Source: Paraphysomonas bandaiensis
Taxonomy: Eukaryota; Protista; Chrysophyceae
Direction of reading: 5' to 3'
DNA: 60,380 bases
Assembly (NCBI GenBank): GCA_965644295.1
Contig: CBFFRP010000449.1
Coordinates: 1 to 60,380, forward strand
This document shows positions 1 to 12,263 of this stretch, piece by piece. Each line of letters begins with the position of its first letter. Within the stretch, counting starts at the first letter, position 1. The notes under the pieces were generated by a model. It was given only the letters and a program-made list of their open reading frames with translations. It was not told where the DNA came from and did not search any database. The position numbers were made by a program, and so were the translations under genes.

Positions 1-766
1 AGGCCTCGGTAGCCTACTGGGTGATGTCAAGAAGCTCACGGAAGAATACATTACAGCATCCTCTGGGTCATTAGGGTCAAGCAAGGGATGAGTACTGGGG
101 CTCTCCTGACTGGTAGTAGGTAGTAGGTAGGGGTTGTCCAGGAGGGAGGCCTCGGTAGCCTACTGGGTGATGTCAAGAAGCTCACGGAAGAATACATTAC
201 AGCATCCTCTGGGTCATTAGGGTCAAGCAAGGGATGAGTACTGGGGCTCTCCTGACTGGTAGTAGGTAGTAGGTAGGGGTTGTCCAGGAGGGAGGCCTCG
301 GTAGCCTACTGGGTGATGTCAAGAAGCTCACGGAAGAATACATTACAGCATCCTCTGGGTCATTAGGGTCAAGCAAGGGATGAGTACTGGGGCTCTCCTG
401 ATTGGTAGTAGGTAGTAGGTAGGGGTTGTCCAGGAGGGAGGCCTCGGTAGCCTACTGGGTGATGTCAAGAAGCTCACGGAAGAATACATTACAGCATCCT
501 CTGGGTCATTAGGGTCAAGCAAGGGATGAGTACTGGGGCTCTCCTGACTGGTAGTAGGTAGTAGGTAGGGGTTGTCCAGGAGGGAGGCCTCGGTAGCCTA
601 CTGGGTGATGTCAAGAAGCTCACGGAAGAATACATTACAGCATCCTCTGGGTCATTAGGGTCAAGCAAGGGATGAGTACTGGGGCTCTCCTGATTGGTAG
701 TAGGTAGTAGGTAGGGGTTGTCCAGGAGGGAGGCCTCGGTAGCCTACTGGGTGATGTCAAGAAGCT
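1..766. repeat. 146-bp tandem satellite, about 5.25 near-identical copies, running off the window edge
   Basis: The unit start AGGCCTCGGTAG recurs at 1, 147, 293, 439, 585 and 731. The only difference seen is CTGAC/CTGAT. Confidence 0.97.
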
Positions 767-946
767 GACTGTGAAAATTTGTAGCAATGTTAACTATCGC
801 AGGGAGTGTAGATCGTTACTAATTATTGATAACGAAACTTTTCTCGTCATTATTCGAGATTACCTTAACATAAACTTATCCGTAAATAATACAAGTATCC
901 ACTAACAATATCCAAAATTCATGAAACAAAATGGTAGGAGATTGGA

Positions 947-3900
947 TTACATTGCAGCACCGTCATCATGTTCAGAAATGACACTTAACCTGTTGGCCTT
1001 CACCTTCATTGAATTTTCTATCTTAGCCGCCATTTTCAAAGCCTTATCTTTTTGCTCAAGCACCTCAGCAATCTCTTCCTGTACACTGGCATATTCCTCA
1101 TACAAGTCCTCCACTTGCACACGTCGTTCTGACGCCGTTGGCTTGCGCTTATACTTCGCAATGAATTCCTCCTCCCACTGTCGGGCTGCATCCTTTAATT
1201 CCAACTTTCTGGCGCGCAAGGTCTGAATATCAGTTTCAGCATTGGCAATATAAGAATTTAGTGAATTCAAATCTTCTGTCATCTTTGCTATAGCGCGCTC
1301 CAGCCTCTCCCGCACGTGATGGCGGGTGACTTTGTTTGAATCAGAATACGACATCGATCTATCTTCGCTGATAAAACTTTCTGTCCGCTCGCTTAATTCC
1401 TTGGACTGTGACTGCGCCTGGGATATTGACGTGCTTAGTAGAGAGCTTGAATTGGCATTATTTCCTGCATAACCTTCTGGTGCACGCCTAGAAAATCTCC
1501 TCTGTAATACTCTTAAGCGTTCCACTTCTGTTGCTTTGGCTGTAGAGATAAGAGCGCATGTTCGCATCTTCTCCATTTCCTCCTCCAGCTCAATATGAAG
1601 ATCATGACAGTCAAGATATAACGCCGCTGCATTCTCTTCTTTGTCAGCATCACTAGGATCACGTCCATACTTCTGCTTAAAATCTCGCTGCCAGCGCTTG
1701 ATTGTCGTTTTTTGAGCAGACAGTTTAGAATTGAGTTCTTCAGCCACCGCTCGGCTCTCTTGTAACGATAGGTGAAGATCAGCTATATCCTGCTGAAACT
1801 GTTTTATATCGCTCTCCAAATTCTCTAAGACATCAATTTTCGCACTATCACTAAGCTCGTCAAAATTTAATGTGCCGTTAGGATAAAAGGATTGATGACT
1901 ATTTATAGATGCATCATCCGAGTCACTTGGGCCTTGCATCAGCATATTCTCAACAGATTCAAAATGAAGTTTATATGCATCTTCGTATTCTTCTCCATTC
2001 GAAAGACCCATAATTGGATCTTGAAACTCGGATTCAAGTGCATCGATAACATAAGCAAGACTATCATTGTTCCTCAAAATCTCATCTCGCTTAGAGTCCA
2101 GGTAATCAAATAGTTCCTGTATTTCCTGGTGGTGAGCATACACGTCATGCTGGATACTATTGAAATTTTCGAATATTTGATTGTTTGAACCATATTTAGA
2201 TTCTGCAAGACCTGGAACCCTTCCTTGCTCTTTCAGAAAAAATACTGTCCATTTTTCGATTTCTCCACGTGACTTTTCTTGTTCCTCCCTAAGAGAGATG
2301 AGCGCTTCTTTGTGAAACTTAAGACGAGTGCCAATGATTTGCAACATTTCGTCGTAAGACTCCACCTCTGAAAGCGAAACTTGATCGTCAAATTCACCTG
2401 GTGCTGAATGCTCAATCGATCCATTGTTACCAGGAGGAGTGTCAGAACCATTTTTTGCATGCCTTCGTGAATCACTATCTACAACAACAGAGTTCGCGTT
2501 TAGAGAACTATATGTTGACATATTTCCAACACTGCCGTTATTCTCTTCGTCGGCGTTGTCATCATCAAACCCTTTTTCACCACTGACATTTGCTTTAACG
2601 CCGGCCTCATGAGATTCTTTATTTTCCACTTCTAGCACAGCTGGGGGGAGACTTTCTCGTATGCCACTGCTAGAACGCGATTCCTTCCCGCTGGTGTTAG
2701 AATGACCACTCTCCTTTTTGTCAGAAATATTGTCACTCTCATCAAAGTTCAAAACTTGAGCGTTCTCACTTTCCGAATGCTGTTTCGGTGGGACTGAAAA
2801 TCGCTGAGTCGACCCCAAATCACTGACAGGTTTCGGATGTTTAATTTCTGTGAAATTACGGGTAGCTTTAGGGCGAGCCGACTGTCCAACAGGTGCAGTA
2901 GGTGCGAGTACAACAGGTTTTCTTGAGGTGTTACCATAACTATCGCTCGACAGAGGCATCGCGCTGCTTCCGAGACTTCCAGAAACAGAATCTATTGGGC
3001 TGTCTTGCGTGTTCCTGGTTGGTCGATATCCCTGGGATGCATAGCTTGACTGGGGAGTGACCATCCCACTCATAGTACTTCCTCCAGTGGCAGTCATAAA
3101 ACTTCCTTCATCTGTTTCTTCTTCCTCAACAGCGCCCATTTCACTGGATGTCCGCCTGGAGACAGAGCTTGTATCCCTCCGAATCGTTGCACCGGCTCCA
3201 CGCGATTGACGTGAACCACCAGTTGATTTCGAACTCCGATCGTGGTCAATACGTGCAATAGTGGCAGCTTCTTCAGCGTCATTTAGTTCTTCTTGCAACC
3301 TGTCACATTCCATTTTACAATTAAGTGCTTCAGTGGCAATATTCTGCGCTTCAGTCAAACGGTCTTGCATTACATGTTGAATTTCATCTAACTTTGCGAA
3401 TAATGCTCTTGACTCCGCTGAATTCCCTCCTTCAGGTGGTAGTATACCATTATTCTTGGATTGTTCTCTAAGTTGCCAATCTTTGATCTTGGCTCTCACA
3501 GCGTCTTTCTGCTTCTGAACAACTTGAATCTCATCTCTCGCAGCGCCTAGGTCTCTCTTAACAGCTTCGAGTCGAGATTTTTCTTCGACAAGCTTTTCTT
3601 CCAATCTCATGCATACTTCCTCCCAGTCAGTTTCTCTGCTTTGTTCGTCAAGTCCCGCACGTCGAACCTCCGATCCTTGAACAACCGCATCAAGTTGAGT
3701 TAGTTTATCCTCCAAGAGACCCAATAATGACACAAGCCTTCCCTCCAAGGGGTTTGTCGCTGAGCGGTAAGGGTCTGTGAGGGAATCATCAAAGCTGTAC
3801 CCGTCATCATAATATCCTCCAGGAGACGGCGGACCAGTAGTATGCTGCATGACTGCGGACTGGGAAGAATATACAGGGCCGGGAGAAATAACATTACGTC

Positions 3901-5756
3901 GACTGTCAGTGGTGTGAAGATTCGGCACCGACTGCAGGGTAACCGAATGTGCAGACCTTAACCCTCCGCGGCTGATGTTATCAAAGTGTTCTTTCTTGCG
4001 TGCCTGAATCAGCTGGCTCTCAAGCATCCTCGCGTACCCAACGTTCTGTGCTAATAACTCTCCACTAATTAGTGTCCGCATTTCCGCCTCTTCTGCTGCC
4101 ATGCATGCACATTCTCGCTCAATGCATATATTTTCAACACGGTCAAATGCTTTTTGCAGATACTTCTCACTTTCGGAAACGTCTTCAAGTGCACTCCTAA
4201 GCTCTTGTTCTTTCTCTTCAATGACACCTTGTAAACGCTCCATATCTGCTTTGTATACAGTCGTGGCAGTAGTACCTTCTGAAATCATTTGTTTCATGTC
4301 ATCTCTTTGAACAGTAATTTCTGTTACAAGTTTCTCAAGACTGGATATCTGTGCAGTTTTTGACGCAACTTCTTTCGTTAATTCTTCATTTTCCTTTAAG
4401 TGATCATTTTCATCATGCAGTTTAGATTCAAGTTCATTTGCTGTCTTTTCGAGCACAGCTTGGGTTGCAAATAGATCCTCCTTTAGCTGATTTCTCTCCG
4501 CAATAGTAGCATCCAGCTGGGACACCAGTTTAGTCATGTCTTCTTGCATACTCTGAATTCTATCTTCAAGCTTCAATGATTCCTTGAGATCACCACTTCG
4601 TAATCCATTAAGTTCGTTGGTAGTTTCCTCAAGGCGAACCTCGAGGTTGGTTATATTTCGGAGATAATCCTGGCAAGTTCTACGTGAGACTTCAGTTTCC
4701 TCCCGCGCTAAACGGGTTTCTCTCTTCTCCTCTTCTACACGACTATCAGCATCCTTCAGTTCTTTGACATGTTCCGCCTTCAACTCCTCTATAAATTTTT
4801 CCAGATCCAAATAAGATTGCTTCCTTTGTTCGATATCTTCCAATAGCTGGGAGTTTGCTGCACGCATGGAGTCTAACTCGGTCTCCAGGCAACTCTTTTC
4901 ATCCCCCAACTGCTGACTTAAATCCTCAAGACCACGACCAAGGTAATCTGAAATTTGCTTTTGAAGAGAATGAACCTTGCGCTTGAGAGCCTTGCACTGT
5001 TTAATCCAATTATTTTTTTCTTCGTTCTCGCAGTGGAAGCGCCCGTTGTCTACATATTTCTGGACATAGTACTTTATTTTCCATGCAGCTAACTGTTCTT
5101 GAAACTCAAGTAGTGCCTGCTCTGCGCCACTAATCTCCATCTGGCGCTGTGTTCCGCGAATTTCTTCCCATAGCTAATATCTTCGTTACAAATATATGAA
5201 AACAAGTATTGAAAAACTTACATTGTAACGGTGCTTCATTCGCTCTTTACGCCGTACTGCGTAGTCGTGCAGCTTCATTGCAGCAAGTGATTCAACAGCT
5301 TTTTCGAATGTCGACTTTGAGTCCGATGTGCTATGCATTATCTATAGATACATGACATTACGGTACGCATTGAAGACATAAGTGTACACTTACACTAGGG
5401 TGTTTAGACATATCTTGCAAACTTTCTCTAACAGGACTAACAGAAGAAGCGACGGAAGCATTTGGAGCTGTTTTAATTTGTCTAGGGGACTTTGTAGTCG
5501 GTTTTCCACCTTCGGGGCAATGTTTTTTACGAGGATCGCTACGAGAAAAAGGAGGTCGCACAGCTTTGGTCGGACTTGTTTGTGACCGCATTCTCTCAAC
5601 ATGCATTACCTCAGACCGCACCTTATCTGCCTCTATATCTGCTGCAAATTCAATATATGGTTCCAGGATTTTATACGGGGATGGCTGTTGTGGATACACC
5701 GCAATTTCTGGAAATTTTTTATTGTTAGTAGTTGATAATGACTTGGATTCAGACAT
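947..5756 (-). CDS. Large coiled-coil protein (~1570 aa) with repeated W-x3-F-x4-(G/K)R-x-P (Sld2/RecQL4-N- or FAM13A-like) motifs
   Basis: The 1397-aa ORF is extended upstream through two GT-AG introns (5342-5393, 5174-5221) that keep frame to an ATG at 5756 (MSESKSLS...). The protein has heptad-rich segments and motifs IKRWQRDFKQKYGRDPSDADK and ARQWEEEFIAKYKRKPTASER. Confidence 0.85.
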
Positions 5757-6180
5757 GCTTATATGTATATATTCAGGAGTATATGAGACGATGAGACACA
5801 AGTCGATGCAGAGAGATTATACGCAATACTTAAATACTTATGAACTTAATTCACATGACTGTTCATTGTATTCAGATAATTGCAGTTCTCTCTGGTAATA
5901 ATTTTGATATGATTGATGATATTATCCCCTCATCTCATCTCGACATTCTGCTCTGCTCTGCTCTGGTCTGCACTGCTAGTCAACTGAAACTTAGCGACAC
6001 TTATCCCTACCGCACTATACATATATATATACTGTACATACTACACACTGCTGTGGATACATACATAGGCGTGTATGTAGAAGACGATTCCTATGACCGT
6101 TACAAAAATAGAATTTTTTGAGAAAGAGATTGTCATCACCAGCAGCAGTATAGGTATATATTGAGAAGAAAAAAAATGAT

Positions 6181-6258
6181 TGACTGGAGTGGGATTCGAA
6201 CCCACGCCCAAAGACTGGTGCCTAAAACCAGCGCCTTAGACCACTCGGCCATCCAGTC
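6181..6258 (-). tRNA. tRNA-Leu (anticodon TAG)
   Basis: Reverse complement GACTGGATGGCCGAGTGGTCTAAGGCGCTGGTTTTAGGCACCAGTCTTTGGGCGTGGGTTCGAATCCCACTCCAGTCA folds as a cloverleaf with A and B boxes. A T8 pol III terminator follows. Confidence 0.95.
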
Positions 6259-6522
6259 GCGCTTTACAGCTGATAGGGTCAATCTAATTACATAATATAT
6301 ATCCATAAGTTAATTGGATTGATACACTAGAGACGTATACCACATACATAAGTTGATGTTGTATGATGGAGTATTAAAACAGTTCAATGCTATTTCATCG
6401 TGTAGCTAGTCTATATCGTACAAGTTATTCGATTACCTCTACCTTATATTTATAGTTGAACAAGTAATCAGCTTATACATTTGTTGTCCATTAGATTATA
6501 AGATATAATAATCTGAATATTC

Positions 6523-7664
6523 ATGGGAACATACTCAAGCAAAGACGTGTCTGAAGACTCTGGAGGATTACAGGATGGAATACCATCGCGAAATGATCGG
6601 AAAGAAGATGAAAAATTTCCAACCTATACTATGGTAATACTTTGAAAAATTTTATTTGATGAATTCTAATGTCTTTTCAGCCTCCTGCGGTGAATATCAT
6701 TGACAGTGAAGTACCTAAACTACCATCAGATCATGAAGGTATGATCGCGTCCTTTGCAAATAGTTATATATTTGTAGTAATTTGCTTTCAGAATATGTTC
6801 CGACGGTGTTCCGATGGGAACATGGTGGTCGAAATGTTTACATTACTGGGACATTTAATAATTGGGAGAAACAGGTTCGCGTTTTTTTCTTTGCGTAATA
6901 AGTATATAATTGTTGTTTATAGATTCCAATGCATCGTAGCGGAAACGATTTTACATATATTCATAATCTCAAGCGGGTATACCACAGAAAAACTTTAGTG
7001 TTGTTGAAATAACTGCTGAGTTTGTTAGGCAAAACATGCATATAAGTTTGTTGTCGATGATGAATGGCGTTTCGCTCCTGACCAGGTTGAACTGTGTAGA
7101 TGTGATCAATAAATTCCTTATTAGTTTTTACATAGCCTACTGTTGCTGATATTGAGGGAAGAATAAATAACTTCATTGATGTTAGCGAATTCAATCCGTA
7201 TATCGGTGATGACAGCTTCTTTGAGCGGAGTAAAGGTAAGTGAAATTGGAAACTGAGAGCAGTGTACTGATTAGGCGCAGAGCGAAAGATTCCAGACACT
7301 GATTTTCACCAAATAATTCCAGATGTTGATGAGGTGATGTTATTGTCCTGTTATCACTTCTTTGTGAATGATGTTGCTCTTACAGTATGCGAAAGAGCCC
7401 CCAGCTCTTCCACCACATCTGAGGCACATAATCCTGAATAAGGTATTCATTGTCTTGCTTGTTTTGTTGAATGTAACTTTCGTTTAGCCATCATCTTCGC
7501 TTGATGCGTTATCGTTGCCTCTTCCTCAACCCGTCTCGCTGAATCATCTATACTGTACAGCGATTAAAGATGGTATGATGGTGCTTGGGGTCACTGAGAG
7601 ATATAAACACAAATACGTTACTCAAGTATTTTATTCTTCAATGCCAATTACATCTAATGCGTAG
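6523..7664 (+). CDS. PRKAB: AMP-activated/SNF1 protein kinase beta subunit (CBM48 plus ASC domain), about 8 introns
   Basis: Manual splicing gives MGTYSS (myristoylation-type start), VPTVFRWEHGGRNVYITGTFNNW, KHAYKFVVDDEWRFAPDQ, EPPALPPHLRHIILNK, LNHLYCTAIKDGMMVLGVTERYKHKYVT and a TAG at 7662-7664. Confidence 0.93.
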
Positions 7665-7940
7665 ATTTTATCAAGTGTTCTGCTATATGCTGTTATATGG
7701 CTGATATAAAATTTTGAATGTCTTGACATAATGGTTGGCGATGTAATAATTAATAGTGTACAATGCAGACCTATATGTTTTTAATTGTTTCCTGTCGGGA
7801 AAGCTAAAGGGTAAACAACGTCGATTTTTCCCTTTCGAGTTATAGTATATTACTTAGAAGTTACAATAATGTAACACAAGAAACAGTTGTATTTCATTTG
7901 TGTTATAGTAGATGACGGGAAACGATCTCTTACGAGATAT

Positions 7941-7966
7941 AATAATAATAATAATAATAATAATAA
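7941..7966. repeat. (AAT)n microsatellite
   Basis: Read directly from the sequence. Confidence 0.9.
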
Positions 7967-8055
7967 AACATAGGATGCTTTTCATTAACCTCTTCAAATA
8001 GATCGTTTATTTAAAATATTATGTATTTACCACTGTCTTATCATAAATGCATATA

Positions 8056-8233
8056 TGAAAGTCTTATTAGCAATAGGCGTCAAGAATAATTACCAGATAA
8101 GTAGCTAGATGAAAACTAGCTAGAAAGGCTTTTACCTGTAACTAGCTAACTAGTGCAAATTCTCATATCCTACTATGTAACACAATGAAAACTGTTTGTG
8201 CGTAGCCGCAAGCACCAAGGTAAGGTGCGACCA
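8056..8233 (+). repeat. Dispersed repeat family X, partial copy
   Basis: TGAAAGTCTTATTAGCAATAGGCGT...TATCCTACTAT...GCCGCAAGCACCAAGG matches the reverse complement of 42780-42960. Confidence 0.8.
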
Positions 8234-9506
8234 ATTCCATTTTATTTTAAATACCTAAATACCTACAAATAAGTGTTCCAAACACTATACTTTATACTAT
8301 TTACGTCATTTAACAGTCATCATACACTTCTGTTATTTCAACTTATGTTATTCTTCTTAATATGTGCCTGTCATCTTCAACGGAATATAACTCGTCAGAG
8401 TCTCCTAGTTGCTAATATTGTATCCCCAAAGCCGCCCACTTTAATGAATAAGTTCGAACACATTACATGTTGTAATTTAATATAGTATGATCTCTAATTT
8501 CGAGATCTAGCATTGATATTAGACATTAGGTACCGTTCTTTGACTGCCCTAGCAGAGCAATATTTTACTGCAACAGTTTATCCTCTAACATGTCTCAATG
8601 AATAAAATTGTACGCCCGTCCGACCTGAGATTTGTCACTGGAAGCATCTAGATACATTCTACTTTTGTGTAAGAGGGTGGCCAGGTATCGCTGGGTGGGA
8701 GAAGGGCAACGCGAATATGCCGTCGTACTTATTATTGGAGGTTCTGTGTGCCTTCAAAAAACTAGCTAATTATGTGATATTATACCCGAATACTCATCTA
8801 ATTTGTGCTTGTGTATGTCGATCTTTATCGTCGAAAGTGAAGCATCCAGTTACTCGGAAAGTGATTCATTTCACATACTTCTTTCCACTGAAGAGGTGCC
8901 TTAATTCAACTTATATATAAGGTAAAGGCATGTATCACTTATCGATGTCATTCTTGTACGATTGTTCTACTACTCTATGGGTTATACCTGCGGTGGACAC
9001 ATCCATTCAGAACCAACTGAATATTTCTCAGATATCGCGAAAACTTAATGTATGATAAGTGATCATCATAATCGACAGTTTTTATATACCATTCGATTAA
9101 ATAAGCCTCATTTACGGTGGAATAAGAGTGCTATAGGGAGGTATGACTGAACCCAGCAAAAGATATGAAGATGCATCATGTCCCATATAGACGGCTGTGC
9201 CATTGGGGGCATATACACCGTATTCCTATGTATTCCTGTGTAATAAATATTACGTAGGAATTCCTGGTGACGGTGCTGCCTGGGATTCTACTACAAAGGA
9301 ATGAAAGCTCACTTCATCTCTCTATCCAATAGCATGACCCCATAGCATCGTGCTCTCGTACATATACTATCGTATACATACAGTACATACAGCATATCCT
9401 AGAGGAGATTACATACACAACAGTATAGTATAGCAGGGGACAGTAATAGAATCATACATACTCTCACCATACTCATTAACCAACCCTTATATATAGAAAC
9501 CAATCA

Positions 9507-11522
9507 ATGACAACAGAACAAACTACTTCAAATCAACCTAATGGCACAACATATTCTCATTTATTCGTCTTTTCTGGTTCGAATAAAGCAGGAATGGAAC
9601 AAAGCGATAAACAGAAACAAGCAGATGTTATCTATCAGATGTCTAAAAACAGTAAATTCTTTGAACATGAGAATAAACAAGATTTGAAACGAAAATCAAA
9701 AATAGAAGAAATTAAAAGAAAAGTTTCTGATATGAAAGATACGGATATACATGAGATGAATCCACGTATAGATAATATAATCATATCACTTGAAGAGAAA
9801 CGTAATCTTAATAGAATGTGTGTAGTGTTTGATATGGATATGTTTTTTGCTGCTGTTGCCATTCGTGATCGTCCGCATCTTGTGGATAAACCAGTTGCTG
9901 TGGGAGGTATGTCTATGATATCCACCACTAATTATGTAGCAAGAAAGCATGGTGTGCGCAGTGCTATGCCTGGATTTATTGGGAAACGATTATGCCCAGA
10001 ACTCATATTTGTTGAACACGAAGGGGAGAAGTATGCGGCTGCTTCTAAAATCGTTGGAAATATAATCCGAGAATACGACCCGGATTTCAAGTCATACAGC
10101 TTGGATGAATTTTTTGTGGACCTCACAGACGCAGTGAACAAAAAGTTAGGAGAGGGTCATACCGAGATCCCTGTGATTAGTAAGCGGGAGGTGGCTTGTG
10201 GAATTGCGGAGGAGATACGTTCTCGTATTCGGGTGGAAACCGGTGGTCTGACCTCCTCGGCTGGTCTCGCCAATAACTTCATGCTTGCTAAGATTTGTGC
10301 TGATGTAAACAAACCAAACGGTCAATTCTCTCTTCCCCCTGAGCGCAGCGCAGTATTGGAGTTCATGGACACTTTGCCGTGCCGTCGGGTAGGGGGAGTT
10401 GGGCGCGTCACAGAAAAGGCATTGAGTGAATTGGGTATGTCCACTATGGGAGAAGTGAGGAGGGGCCTAAATAAGGTTGTGTTTGGGTTCACTGAGTCAC
10501 AGGGGAAGTTTTTAACGCGGGCAAGCTTGGGGATTGGGAGTGAGGAAGTGAATGATACCGAAGAAAAGGAAAGTAGAGGTAGAAAGAGTGTAGGTGCAGA
10601 GCGGACTTTCTCGGCTATACAAGAGCCCGCACTTTTGATGGCGAAACTCTTGGAGCTGTGTGGTACAGTTAGTTCATCCCTGGAAAAGAAAAACTTATAC
10701 GCTGGTTCCCTCACTCTTAAATTGAAGTCAGTTAATTTTGAGGTAACTACAAGACGTTACTCCTACCCGCGTAGCCGTTTTGTGCGGACAACTGATGACC
10801 TCTTCGCTGCTGCGAGCAAGCTGCTCACTGCCTGCCTTCCTGTCCATGTGAGACTGATGGGAGTACAGGCTGGTAGACTAAGTTCAACAACTACCGGGCG
10901 TCCAGTATTGTCTGCAGAGGAAACACCACTAGGGCGGCTGCTATCTCGACAGACGGTTCAAAGTATGCCAGAGGGAAGTGGAAAGAGAAGACGAGAAGAA
11001 GAGGGAAATGAAGAGGTGATCAACCGTAGCCACGACCGCTTCTCCTGGGAAGAGAGTAGTTGTGGATCAGACCACTCACTTTCTTACATAGGAGCTGATG
11101 AAGACAGTAGAGACCAGTGTATATATCAAGAGGAGAGGGATCACGGCTTAGACAATGAAATTTCGCCATGGCCAGTACTTCTACACACGTCGCGTAGTTC
11201 GAATAGTGATGTCAACGGATATCTTGGTGGTAGTGATCGCACTGCAGTGAGTACTAGCAGTAGTAGTGCTGACGTAGTTGGTACCGTGTCCTCATCCGAG
11301 GTCAATTGTACTGCAGCAAATGATAGCCCGATAGAGAGGTGCACCTCAAGTTCTTCAACGGGTCCAAGTAGTGTTGAACTCAAGACCTCGTTTTCTTGTC
11401 CTATTTGCGGAGACCGTAGTAGTCGATCTCTGCTTTCACTTAACATACACCTTGATAAATGTTTGCTAAGAGCAAAAACGAAGAAAAAAAACATCACAAG
11501 TTATTTTGGTGTTTGTAAATAG
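9507..11522 (+). CDS. POLK: DNA polymerase kappa (Y-family, DinB)
   Basis: Motifs NKAGME, DMDMFFAAV, STTNYVARKHGVRSAMPGFIGKRLCP, SLDEFFVD, LAKICADVNKPNGQ and RKSVGAERTF. There is a C-terminal UBZ zinc finger (CPICG...LNIHLDKCL) and a PIP-like ITSYF. Confidence 0.96.
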   Translation: MTTEQTTSNQPNGTTYSHLFVFSGSNKAGMEQSDKQKQADVIYQMSKNSKFFEHENKQDLKRKSKIEEIKRKVSDMKDTDIHEMNPRIDNIIISLEEKRNLNRMCVVFDMDMFFAAVAIRDRPHLVDKPVAVGGMSMISTTNYVARKHGVRSAMPGFIGKRLCPELIFVEHEGEKYAAASKIVGNIIREYDPDFKSYSLDEFFVDLTDAVNKKLGEGHTEIPVISKREVACGIAEEIRSRIRVETGGLTSSAGLANNFMLAKICADVNKPNGQFSLPPERSAVLEFMDTLPCRRVGGVGRVTEKALSELGMSTMGEVRRGLNKVVFGFTESQGKFLTRASLGIGSEEVNDTEEKESRGRKSVGAERTFSAIQEPALLMAKLLELCGTVSSSLEKKNLYAGSLTLKLKSVNFEVTTRRYSYPRSRFVRTTDDLFAAASKLLTACLPVHVRLMGVQAGRLSSTTTGRPVLSAEETPLGRLLSRQTVQSMPEGSGKRRREEEGNEEVINRSHDRFSWEESSCGSDHSLSYIGADEDSRDQCIYQEERDHGLDNEISPWPVLLHTSRSSNSDVNGYLGGSDRTAVSTSSSSADVVGTVSSSEVNCTAANDSPIERCTSSSSTGPSSVELKTSFSCPICGDRSSRSLLSLNIHLDKCLLRAKTKKKNITSYFGVCK

Positions 11523-11684
11523 AATTTGTATCTAATGTAGGTAGTAATAAAAATTACGAACTTTGATATTTCGGGTGTATTTTTTTCAATGATTTTCAAT
11601 CTGTTCAAGCAATTTTCACTATCCGTTCAGAAGAGATCGCTTAAGTTTGGCTTTTGAGCTATTAGAGATGGTATAACCCTGTGT

Positions 11685-12263
11685 AATTAGCTGGTATTGG
11701 CTAGGCGTTTAAGAATCAGTAATTTAGCGTTTCAGTTTAACAAACTAGTGAGTAACACATTAACACTGATATCCTTCTATTTAACGCTATAAAAGCAGTA
11801 GTGAATTTCTGATTTTCAGTAATAGGCATATAAGAGTCAGAACTAATGTAACAAAACAATTTAACTAACTAGTACTTAGCTCTGATATCCTACTATTTTG
11901 CGCTACGAAGCTGCATGTGCGTCGCCGTAAGCATCAAGGTGCAACCACTTTCGCACTATATCCTTGTGATGAACTTGCCCAGATGCTCGACTTCGGCAGG
12001 CAACCCAATACCCCGATGATGCCCTTGAGGTGGGCCAATTCCAGGATGCCTATTTATTCGTCAGGGTCCAAATACGTCTACACAAGTGACACTTATATTA
12101 GTGTCCCTTGTAGCATGCAAGCATTTGCCTATGAGTATGAGTGGGGAGAACAATATCTGCTGGCCCTATATGCGGCTCACGTTAGTTTCTTGGAGAAATT
12201 ACTCCGGTACGTATGTACGAAAAGGTGTGAGTCCGACTTTGTTAAGGGAGCGGACAATGATAA
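11685..12263 (+). repeat. Dispersed repeat family X, full-length copy with a duplicated 5' module, flanked by the 13-bp direct repeat TATAACCCTGTGT
   Basis: Homologous to the copies at ~22850, ~42450 and ~50030. The direct repeat is at 11672-11684 and 12264-12276. Confidence 0.85.

Noticed and set aside
1-766. CRISPR-like array or coding repeat
   Set aside because: There are no variable spacers, the 146-bp period is not a multiple of 3, and reading frames hit stops within about two units.
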